The notes beneath the pieces were generated by a model. The model saw only the letters and a list, made by a program, of their open reading frames with translations. It did not search any database and was not told the DNA's origin. DNA of 32,000 bases from Candidatus Iainarchaeum sp. (GTDB lineage Archaea; Iainarchaeota; Iainarchaeia; Iainarchaeales; 0-14-0-20-34-12): contig JAUSKK010000016.1 in the NCBI GenBank assembly GCA_030649345.1, positions 1-32,000 of the forward strand, given 5' to 3'. This document shows positions 24,385 to 31,666 of the stretch, one piece after another (the first letter of the stretch is position 1; the number at the start of each line of letters is the position of its first letter). A program made the position numbers and the translations under genes.

Positions 24385-24677
24385 GGCGTGGTTTTAACTT
24401 AAGCAGAATTCCGAAGAAATCTCTCGGCTAATTCTTGAACAAGTCAAAAACTAACGCTTAAGTCCCCAACCACACCGAATACTTAGTGATCCAGTCAATT
24501 ATTAACCGCTGTTCGTTCTAAATCCAAACAAGCTTAACTGGGTTAATTCGGAATCTGTACCTCAACCGCGGTGGCGCAACTTAAACCCAAGGTTTAAGTG
24601 CGCATTAAACCCTGTTGGTTTTAATTGCGGTTGGTGGCACGCAGTGCTTCCGCATTGCTCCAGCACTGCTGATTAAG
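24385..24677 (-). ncRNA. Unclassified ~290-nt highly structured RNA (RNase P RNA or SRP RNA considered, neither confirmed)
   Basis: A GC-enriched island with no credible ORF sits in a 472-nt AT-rich intergenic region. At least 8 helices can be drawn, for example 24662-24669/24641-24648, 24627-24633/24563-24569 (enclosing two hairpins), 24534-24541/24491-24498, 24468-24476/24385-24393 and 24456-24462/24398-24404. Three positions are G-U pairs on the minus strand but A-C mismatches on the plus strand. In minus sense, an A/T-rich TATA-like stretch lies upstream and an oligo-U tract follows directly. Confidence 0.6.
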
Positions 24678-24720
24678 TTTTATTCATTTTTTATTCTTTT
24701 TCAATCTAAAACTCTGTTAT

Positions 24721-25299
24721 ATGTGGATTTTGGGTTTAACTGGAAATATTGCTTCCGGCAAATCAACTGTTTTGCGTTTGTTTTCCAAATATTTTTCCGT
24801 CATTGATTCCGATCAAATTGTGAAAAAATTGTACGAAAATTCGAAAATTCAAAAACAAATACTCCAAAAATTTGGTTTTACCTCAAAACCTAAATTAGCT
24901 GACTTAATTTTTTCAAATAAAACTGCGCGCAAACAATTGGAACAAATTGTACATCCCTTGGTTTTTAAAGAAATTCAAAAACAATTGCAAACTTTTCGAA
25001 AACAAAAAAAAGTATTCTTGGTTGTAGTAGATGTTCCTTTGTTGTTTGAAACAAAGTTTGAAAAAAAATGCACTTGGACTTTAGTGGTGGCTTCAACACG
25101 TAAACTTCAAATTCAGCGTTTGCAAAAACAAGGTTATTCCAAACAAGAAGCTTTGCAGAGAATGCAAGCTCAAAAAAAGCAAGAATGGAAACTCAATCAA
25201 ACTGACTTTGTGGTGTGGAATACGAAATCCAAGAAAGTTTTGGCAACCGAAGTAAATAAATGGATTTCATTCTTTATAGGTTTATATTATGTCTGTTAA
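24721..25299 (+). CDS. coaE: Dephospho-CoA kinase, bacterial CoaE type
   Basis: 192-aa ORF with the N-terminal P-loop 'ILGLTGNIASGKST' and a 'DVPLLFE' motif. It is collinear with bacterial CoaE and overlaps coaD by 11 nt. Confidence 0.85.
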   Translation: MWILGLTGNIASGKSTVLRLFSKYFSVIDSDQIVKKLYENSKIQKQILQKFGFTSKPKLADLIFSNKTARKQLEQIVHPLVFKEIQKQLQTFRKQKKVFLVVVDVPLLFETKFEKKCTWTLVVASTRKLQIQRLQKQGYSKQEALQRMQAQKKQEWKLNQTDFVVWNTKSKKVLATEVNKWISFFIGLYYVC

Positions 25300-25783
25300 A
25301 CGAATTGCAGTTTACCCAGGAACTTTTGATCCCATTACTTTAGGGCACTTGGATGTCATTGACCGGGCTTTAAAAATGTTTGACCTTGTCATTGTTGCAG
25401 TCACAGACAATTCTGAAAAAAAATCCTTTTTTTCTATTCAAGAACGTTTGCAGTTGGTTTCCAAAGTTTGCAAAAATAGACCGCGAATTAAAGTCGAATT
25501 TTTTTCCGGATTATTGGTAGATTTTATGAAACAAAAACAAGCCCAAATTATTGTTCGCGGTTTGCGTGAATTGTCTGATTTTGAATTTGAATTCCAGCAA
25601 GCTGTCATGAACCGGAAAATGAATCCTGTTTTAGACACTGTTTTTGTAATGACGGATCCTAAATATTTTTATGTAAGTTCAAGTATGGTTCGGCAAATTG
25701 CATTTTTGCACGGCAATATCAATATGTTTGTGCCTAAACTTGTAAATTTAGCCATTCAAAGAAAGCTTAAAGCCAAAATTTAG
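25289..25783 (+). CDS. coaD: Phosphopantetheine adenylyltransferase, bacterial CoaD type
   Basis: 164-aa ORF. 'AVYPGTFDPITLGHLDVIDRA', 'VRGLRELSDFEFE' and 'VSSSMVRQIA' are collinear with E. coli CoaD. Confidence 0.92.
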   Translation: MSVKRIAVYPGTFDPITLGHLDVIDRALKMFDLVIVAVTDNSEKKSFFSIQERLQLVSKVCKNRPRIKVEFFSGLLVDFMKQKQAQIIVRGLRELSDFEFEFQQAVMNRKMNPVLDTVFVMTDPKYFYVSSSMVRQIAFLHGNINMFVPKLVNLAIQRKLKAKI

Positions 25784-25803
25784 GTTTTTTAACCCGCAAA
25801 GTA

Positions 25804-25811
25804 TTTATATT
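25804..25811 (+). promoter_or_regulatory. Candidate TATA box upstream of the pilin gene
   Basis: 'TTTATATT' lies in the coaD-pilin intergenic region. A second A/T box is at 25820-25829, and the SD-like 'GAGGTG' is at 25885-25890. Confidence 0.3.
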
Positions 25812-25852
25812 AAACGGCATTTTATCTATGTTACCAGTGTATTCTGGTTATT

Positions 25853-25866
25853 TGGACATTTGTCCA
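25853..25866. promoter_or_regulatory. 14-nt palindrome between the putative pilin promoter and its ribosome-binding site (candidate operator)
   Basis: 'TGGACA-TT-TGTCCA' has perfect 6-bp arms. The spacer is too short for an RNA hairpin, so a DNA-level dimer binding site is more plausible. Confidence 0.3.
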
Positions 25867-25897
25867 GCACACAGTTTTTTTCGTGAGGTGAAAATAA

Positions 25898-26341
25898 ATG
25901 AATAATAAAGGACAGTCAGCATTAGAGTATTTGATGACTTATGGATGGGCTTTGATTGTAATCGCAATTGTAGTAGGAGTATTAATTGTAATTTCCAGCA
26001 GTTCAACCGCAGGTGTTGTTTGCCAGCCCCAAAGCACAGACTTAGGAGTTCAAACAGCTTCAGTTACCAGAGATCGAGTGCAATTATCTTTGCAAAACAG
26101 AACCGGTGTACGAATCACCAGTGTTGCTGTAGCTGATTTCGGAGACTTTTCTCCTGTTACAGACTTAACAGCCAGTGCAGCCACAGTGGATGCAGGAATT
26201 AATTTTTCTATTGATTCAGGAGCTAACGATGGCCCCGGAGCTTTAGGAAGATTTACCAACGGTGTCATTCGAGTTACGTACACTAAAACAGGCTTGACAG
26301 GCGCCAGCGACACAAACATTGTTTGTTCTGGAACTTTGTAA
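25898..26341 (+). CDS. Archaeal type IV pilin-like protein (class III signal peptide, DUF361-type)
   Basis: 147-aa ORF. 'MNNKG|QSALEYLMTYGWALIVIAIVVGVLIV' has a basic leader, a G/Q cleavage context, the QxSxEY motif and a hydrophobic helix. The C-terminal part is a beta-rich globular domain. Confidence 0.85.
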   Translation: MNNKGQSALEYLMTYGWALIVIAIVVGVLIVISSSSTAGVVCQPQSTDLGVQTASVTRDRVQLSLQNRTGVRITSVAVADFGDFSPVTDLTASAATVDAGINFSIDSGANDGPGALGRFTNGVIRVTYTKTGLTGASDTNIVCSGTL

Positions 26342-26360
26342 ATAAATTAGTCATCTAGAT

Positions 26361-26401
26361 TTCGGAATGGATTGTTCCATTTCGAATCTTTTTCTTTTTT
26401 T
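26361..26401 (+). terminator. Hairpin plus oligo-T terminator after the pilin gene
   Basis: 'TTCGGAATGG-ATTGTT-CCATTTCGAA' forms 10 bp with one G-U pair that works only on the plus strand. It is followed by 'TCTTTTTCTTTTTTT'. Confidence 0.5.
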
Positions 26402-26861
26402 ATTCTTCTCTTAATTTTCCAAACTTTTGAGCAACCAAATAAATAAAGGCTGTTTTTCTTTTTCCAGTCAAACTAGGAAAATTAGTTTGTTTTAATAATT
26501 TTCGAAAAAGTCCTTGAATGCGCAGACTGTTTTCAACAAAAAGTGTTTCTGAATTTGCTTTTATGACAGTTTGAATAACTTCATGAATTTGCAAACGAGT
26601 GTGCGTATCTGAAATTCCTAAAGCATCCAAAGCATATTTGGTGCTAACCCGTGCAGTTAATTGCTGAATTTTGAGTCTTTGAGCATGCAGACCGCTCCAT
26701 GCTCTGGCATGAACGGCTAATTCAATGGGTACGACATGATCTTGTTTTTGTCCTTGTTCAAATGCTTGAATTCCTTTTCTTCTAATTATCTTTTTCAAAT
26801 TCTTAGCATGTTTTCCTTTTGGTTGTAATATTCCATGGATTCGTGTTTTAATTTTTAACAA
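26400..26861 (-). CDS. Basic helical hypothetical protein, last gene of the pilus operon
   Basis: 153-aa ORF lying 12 nt downstream of the TadC-like gene on the same strand. It has no TM segment and no recognised family. Confidence 0.5.
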   Translation of the reverse strand: MLKIKTRIHGILQPKGKHAKNLKKIIRRKGIQAFEQGQKQDHVVPIELAVHARAWSGLHAQRLKIQQLTARVSTKYALDALGISDTHTRLQIHEVIQTVIKANSETLFVENSLRIQGLFRKLLKQTNFPSLTGKRKTAFIYLVAQKFGKLREE

Positions 26862-26873
26862 AGCATATCCCTC

Positions 26874-27902
26874 TTAAAATAAGCCGCCGACTCCGCCAAT
26901 CATGCTTGCCAAAGTATTTTTGACTATAAAAAATAAGACAATAGCTACAATTAAAATCATTGGAATTAATTTAATGCCTGCTTTTTCTTTTCCGTTTTGA
27001 ATAATTCCTATAGTAAAACTGGCCGAGAATGCAGTGACAATTAATGCAATTAAAGAAAACAATTGAATAAAATCCGGGCTAATTTGAGTTCTGGAAGCTC
27101 CCACAAATGAACTCAGCCCGCTTAAAGGCCCTAAATTTCCGGAAGGCATATCTTTCAAAGAACTTAAAGTTCCAGAAGTAGCCATTAATTGTTCACTGAC
27201 TGTTCCTACAATTACTGTAGAAATTCCAAACAAAATAGGGGCTCCCAAAGCTGAAGTAATGAAAATCATTCCAACATACATACTAATATTGGCTTGAATT
27301 TCTTTCTGCAATGCATTCTCTTCTCGTAAATCATTTCCTAACTGCAAAAGCAAATCTGCAATCTGAGCACCATTTTTGATTCCTTCTACCAATAATTTTA
27401 ATGTCCGTTCTAAAACAGGCGAGCGAATGGTTGTTGAAATTTCACTTAAAGCCTGCGTTGTCTTTTCTCCAGCCAAAATTTTTCTTCCAGCAGTTTTTAA
27501 TTCTTCAGCAAATCCGCCGAATTCACTTCGAGCAGAAACAAACAAGGCTTTTTCTGTAGTCATTCCAGACTTAATATTGCTGGCCACCAATTGCAAAGCA
27601 TCCGGCAATACACTTTCTGTAAATTTAGCTCTTTTTTCTGCTTTGGAATCCAACAAATACCATTGCAATCCAAGTCCCAATAAAAATCCAACGAATAATC
27701 CAAGAAATGCAGCCAGTATGCTTTGAAAAATAATTCCAGAAACAATACATCCAATGACTGCAAGAATTCCTGCTCGAATCATCCATTGTCCAGCTAAAGC
27801 TCTCCGATCTTTTTGAATGCCGGCATAAATGGATGTAGTGTAAATCCAGTTTTCAATTTTTTCTGGAACCAATGATCCTAAACGTAAATATAGTTCGCTC
27901 AT
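26874..27902 (-). CDS. Type IV pilus platform protein, T2SS-F domain (TadC/FlaJ C-half-like)
   Basis: 342-aa polytopic membrane ORF. The cytoplasmic T2SSF-like helical domain is 'LPDALQLVASNIKSGMTTEKAL...LLVEGIKNGAQIADLL', flanked by TM segments. Confidence 0.8.
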   Translation of the reverse strand: MSELYLRLGSLVPEKIENWIYTTSIYAGIQKDRRALAGQWMIRAGILAVIGCIVSGIIFQSILAAFLGLFVGFLLGLGLQWYLLDSKAEKRAKFTESVLPDALQLVASNIKSGMTTEKALFVSARSEFGGFAEELKTAGRKILAGEKTTQALSEISTTIRSPVLERTLKLLVEGIKNGAQIADLLLQLGNDLREENALQKEIQANISMYVGMIFITSALGAPILFGISTVIVGTVSEQLMATSGTLSSLKDMPSGNLGPLSGLSSFVGASRTQISPDFIQLFSLIALIVTAFSASFTIGIIQNGKEKAGIKLIPMILIVAIVLFFIVKNTLASMIGGVGGLF

Positions 27903-27912
27903 AATGTATCCT

Positions 27913-28791
27913 TTACAGCAATGCCGGCCTTCTGGATTTCATAATTCCAATAAAAAAATAATTCATGATAATCACTCCAGCCAGCAGTCCCCAGAAAAAT
28001 ATTTCTGTAATCTGAATTTGCGGAATACTTCCCAATACAATCAAAAAAGTTAAACCCAATGCAGGCAAAATAACTCCAATCATCATGTAAATTAAGGAAT
28101 CCAACCGTAATTGTGACCCATATTTTCGAATATCAATTAATTGATCGCGAACCATGCTATTCAAGGATTCCTGCAATACATATGAAATTTCAGCTCCGCC
28201 TTTAATTCCATTAATAATCTGCCAAATTACTTTCCGCAAAGAAGGCGAAGGATTATCTAAAGCCATTTCTTGCAAGGCATCGTCTTGATGAATTCCTGAA
28301 TTAATTTTTTGAACAGTTTTCTTAAACTCTTGGCTTAATACGCCGTATTCTTCTTCAGCTACAATATTCATGGCTTGAAACAAGCCTACTCCAGATTTAA
28401 CTTGAATTAACAAAGTTCGGACTGCATAAATTAAATTTTGTTCAATTTCCCGAACTTTTCGTTTAATCAAAATTTTTGGAAAAAACACAACCTGAATTCC
28501 GACCAATAATCCTAAAAGTATCCCTGCAAAAATTCCCAAAAACCAAAACATACTTCCTGTAAACAAAAGTACTCCAGTAAACACTACTGCAAACACGCTT
28601 GCGTAGACTGCAAACAATGAACTGGCAATTCCTAAATACGTTTGAGTAGAATAATTAATTCCTGCTTGTTCTAATTCAATTTTTAAGTTTGGAAATCCTT
28701 TTTCTAAACCAGCACCTATATCCATCCAAGGTTTATCCATTTTTTCTATTTGTATTTCTGTCCAAAAATTAAACGGTATTTTGATGGTCAT
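27913..28791 (-). CDS. Type IV pilus platform protein, T2SS-F domain (TadB/FlaJ N-half-like)
   Basis: 292-aa membrane ORF. The T2SSF-like domain is 'LIYAVRTLLIQVKSGVGLFQAM...IINGIKGGAEISYVL', flanked by TM segments. Confidence 0.8.
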   Translation of the reverse strand: MTIKIPFNFWTEIQIEKMDKPWMDIGAGLEKGFPNLKIELEQAGINYSTQTYLGIASSLFAVYASVFAVVFTGVLLFTGSMFWFLGIFAGILLGLLVGIQVVFFPKILIKRKVREIEQNLIYAVRTLLIQVKSGVGLFQAMNIVAEEEYGVLSQEFKKTVQKINSGIHQDDALQEMALDNPSPSLRKVIWQIINGIKGGAEISYVLQESLNSMVRDQLIDIRKYGSQLRLDSLIYMMIGVILPALGLTFLIVLGSIPQIQITEIFFWGLLAGVIIMNYFFIGIMKSRRPALL

Positions 28792-28904
28792 TTAAAACTC
28801 CTCCAAGAGTTTTAAAAATTTCAAAATCCCTGATTTTGAATTCATTTAAAATTCCCCTGAACTTTAAAATCGTTTAAATTTCTCAAATTTAAAATCATTT
28901 AAAA
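28788..28904. repeat. Degenerate ~53-nt tandem repeat (about 2 units plus a partial third) filling the ATPase-TadB spacer
   Basis: 'TCATTTAAAA' occurs at 28788, 28842 and 28895 (spacings 54 and 53 nt), and the interiors of the units are similar. In minus sense each unit reads GG-rich element ... TTTTAAATGA. Confidence 0.6.
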
Positions 28905-30437
28905 TTACACCGACGCCTTGTCTTCGAATTCAAATTTTTTGTTCTGAGAAGCCATTTCTACAATTTGGCTTTTATCTGAATAATAACTGGCAATAATTCT
29001 CCCGACTTGATTTACGCCTGTAACTTTTTGTTGAATCATCCAATTCAAGACTTTTTGTTTTTCATTCATTTCTTGATCAATTTCTGCTTTGGTTAAACCA
29101 GTATGCAATCCCAATTCATCGTAGAATCGAATGCTTTCATTGTTTTTGTCAACTTCATCTTTCACTGGCTTCCACCGGAATAAAGTATTGGTTTTCAAGC
29201 CTTGCTCTGTAGCCGCTCTTTTTTCTGGAATAAATTCAGCCACTTGCAATACTCTTCGTGCTCCCAATCTTCTGTTTCTAAACATTACTACATTCAAATT
29301 CACAGCCTCCAACAAACTGATAGGAACACCAATTGGTGGATTGGTTAACCGAGTTATTGTTTCATCGGCTGTATTGGCATGCACTGTAGTATAAACTGCA
29401 TGTCCTGTGTGCATGGCTTCAAACATTACTTCAGCTTCTCGTTTTCTTCGCACTTCTCCGACAATAATTCTGTCTGGCCGCATACGCAAACTATTAACCA
29501 ATAAGTCAATCATTTCAACAGCTCCTTTTCCTTCTGAATTGGGTTCTCGGGTTGTCATTGGCACCCAATGCATAAAGTCAGGCAAAATTAATTCACGGGT
29601 ATCTTCAATGGATAATACTCGGTGGTTGGGTTGAATGAACGGCAAGCAAGCACCCAAAATAGTTGTTTTTCCGCTGGCTGTTCCTCCGCTGAACAAAACA
29701 TTTAATTCGTATTCAAAAGCTTCCCATAACAAAGCTACCACATCAGGTGTTAAGGTTCCATTTTGAATTAAATCCAAAACAGTCCAAGGGTCTCTTCGAA
29801 ATCTTCGGATGGTAATCGTGTTTCCTTTTCCGCTGATCGGAAACAAAGTTGCATTGGCACGATCTCCACTTAACAAATGGGCATCCAGTAAAGGACTTAA
29901 TACTGTAATTTGTTTTCCGATTCTTCGAGCAATAATGTTGGCATAATTTTCAATTTCTTCTTCCGGCTGAATTAAAATATTGGTTTTCAGCCAGCCGTGT
30001 TTTTTATGATATACCCAAATAGGTTCATGGGAATGATTGATTACAATTTCTTCTAAATTGGCATCGTTTAATAAAATTTCAATTGACCCCAAGCCCATCA
30101 TTTCATTAACCAAGAAAGACAAGATCATGGATTTTTCGCTTACATTCATGCCGGGAAATTCTTTGCTGATCATTTTTTCTGCGCGTTCAATTAGTTTGCT
30201 TTTGGTTTCCTCTAAAAATCTAGGGTCTGCAATTTTTTCCAAAGCAATTCCAATGCCTGCAATCAATTCATGTTTCAGTTTTTTCAACAATGCTTGTGTT
30301 CCAATTCCAAACTCAGGCAAACCTGCATTGTATTCCAAAACATATAATTCAGGTTTTCGAACAATATTGATTTCGATCGGGCTTTTTCCCAATTGAATTG
30401 AATAACTTTCTACAATTTTTTCTTTCAAAGAATTCAC
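28905..30437 (-). CDS. Type IV pilus/archaellum-type secretion ATPase (FlaI/ArlI-PilB-TadA family)
   Basis: 510-aa ORF. Walker A is 'FSGGTASGKTT', followed by the Asp box 'LSIEDTRELIL', Walker B 'RPDRIIVGEVR' and the His box 'TGHAVYTTVHA'. A GTG start overlaps the upstream stop (GTGA). Confidence 0.92.
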   Translation of the reverse strand: MNSLKEKIVESYSIQLGKSPIEINIVRKPELYVLEYNAGLPEFGIGTQALLKKLKHELIAGIGIALEKIADPRFLEETKSKLIERAEKMISKEFPGMNVSEKSMILSFLVNEMMGLGSIEILLNDANLEEIVINHSHEPIWVYHKKHGWLKTNILIQPEEEIENYANIIARRIGKQITVLSPLLDAHLLSGDRANATLFPISGKGNTITIRRFRRDPWTVLDLIQNGTLTPDVVALLWEAFEYELNVLFSGGTASGKTTILGACLPFIQPNHRVLSIEDTRELILPDFMHWVPMTTREPNSEGKGAVEMIDLLVNSLRMRPDRIIVGEVRRKREAEVMFEAMHTGHAVYTTVHANTADETITRLTNPPIGVPISLLEAVNLNVVMFRNRRLGARRVLQVAEFIPEKRAATEQGLKTNTLFRWKPVKDEVDKNNESIRFYDELGLHTGLTKAEIDQEMNEKQKVLNWMIQQKVTGVNQVGRIIASYYSDKSQIVEMASQNKKFEFEDKASV

Positions 30438-31561
30438 TTCCTATTCTTAGATGTATTAATGGATTTTGGGTTTAATTTACTTTTCTTTTGGTATTCAATC
30501 GACCAATATTCGATTTCCCCTAAAGGCGGGTAATGGATGGCCAAAAGCATGTTTTGTTCTAAAATTTCAGCATACTCCCGCACACTCTGCAAGGACTCAT
30601 TCAATTTTTTGGCTGCTTCTTTTTCACTCGTTTTTTCCTGCTGGTTTACATAATCCAATAATTGATCTAACTGGGTTAACACTTTATGTTTTTGAATTTC
30701 TTTTAATATATAAACAACCTTTTCTTTGTTGTCCAACTTTTTGAGTGTTTGTTCGTGTTCGGTTTGAATTAATTCCAATAAGCTTTGATAATCTTGTACA
30801 ATTTTTTGCACACCCAGCTTTTGAACATCGTGTTCAATTTCTGCACTGGTGATTCCATATTTTTTTGCAAGTTTTTCCAATTTTTCTTGTAGAATCTGCA
30901 ATTTTTCTGGATTGATTTGCTGCTGTACTGCTCGAAGTCCGTTGATCCATTCCATGGATGGTTTGGATACTGCTGACGCAGGTTGTTTTTCGTTTTCCGT
31001 GCTTTCTTTTTTTTGTTTTTTTTCTATCCAAATTCTTTTTTCTGCAGTAATTTTAGCTAATTCCAATCGCAAATCATAAAATCGGTCCCGAAATTCTTTT
31101 TCAGAAATTCTGCGTTTATAAAAATTGATTTCAGTTTCTTTCAATAACTTTCGTATTTCTTCTTCCCGAATTTCCAATTCCCTTATTTTATCTTCTATAT
31201 TTTGTTCTGCTTGAATAAATTTTTTTTCTGGAATTTGAATTAATGCAATTTGTGGTTTAATTTTTTCATCCAATTCTTGTTTGATTTTTTCCAAATACTC
31301 TGGAGAATAGATTACATTTACTGTTTGAATGGGACTGTTTCCTCCTTTTTTAGCTTGCACTTTTTTTTCTACAATTTTAATTCCAGCAATTTTGTTTTGG
31401 AGTTTTTCTTTCAGTTCAAAATCTTTGGCACGGGCTTGATTTTTGGACTCTTTTTCCAAAATAATATCCAATGATCTTTGCCAGCGTTTTTTCCAGCCTT
31501 CCATGGCTGCTTGGGCATGTTTTTGGGTGTTTCCAAACCAACCGTGTTTTCCATTTTTCAT
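30434..31561 (-). CDS. Coiled-coil protein of unknown function, translationally coupled to the pilus ATPase
   Basis: 375-aa ORF. The basic N-terminus is 'GKHGWFGNTQKHAQAAMEGWKKRW'. Long E/K/Q/I-rich coiled coils follow, then a compact C-terminal domain. There is no TM segment. Its stop overlaps the ATPase start by 4 nt. Confidence 0.6.
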   Translation of the reverse strand: MKNGKHGWFGNTQKHAQAAMEGWKKRWQRSLDIILEKESKNQARAKDFELKEKLQNKIAGIKIVEKKVQAKKGGNSPIQTVNVIYSPEYLEKIKQELDEKIKPQIALIQIPEKKFIQAEQNIEDKIRELEIREEEIRKLLKETEINFYKRRISEKEFRDRFYDLRLELAKITAEKRIWIEKKQKKESTENEKQPASAVSKPSMEWINGLRAVQQQINPEKLQILQEKLEKLAKKYGITSAEIEHDVQKLGVQKIVQDYQSLLELIQTEHEQTLKKLDNKEKVVYILKEIQKHKVLTQLDQLLDYVNQQEKTSEKEAAKKLNESLQSVREYAEILEQNMLLAIHYPPLGEIEYWSIEYQKKSKLNPKSINTSKNRK

Positions 31562-31666
31562 ATAAGACCTTTACTATTATTGATTTAGTATATTTCAGGA
31601 TGTTGAATACTATTTAATGCAATAATGTATGTATCAATCATACCTTTTATTTGTTCAACATCTTGA

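Noticed and set aside
24385-24677. Confident call as RNase P RNA (CR-V-like 'ACAGAUUCCGAAUUA') or as SRP RNA (Alu-like three-way junction, 'GGAGCAA...GGAA')
   Set aside because: The universally conserved CR-I 'GGAAAGUCC' is absent. The CR-V-like segment lies 5' of its possible pairing partners. The SRP helix-8 elements are in the wrong order, and the overall topology (serial domains, no long helix 5) does not fit. I kept it as an unclassified RNA. A circularly permuted RNase P is too speculative to claim without a covariance-model search.
24615-24806. 63-aa ORF crossing the structured RNA and the coaE start
   Set aside because: Its first half lies in the helix-rich RNA region and its second half is out of frame within coaE, which starts with a clear P-loop at 24721.
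24721-25783. Reinterpreting the whole contig as bacterial (CPR) because coaD and coaE are bacterial-type
   Set aside because: Pus10, the DUF361/class III signal-peptide pilin, the FlaI-type ATPase, RecJ/GAN with intein and the KaiC-like proteins are archaeal hallmarks. A localised horizontal acquisition is the simpler explanation.
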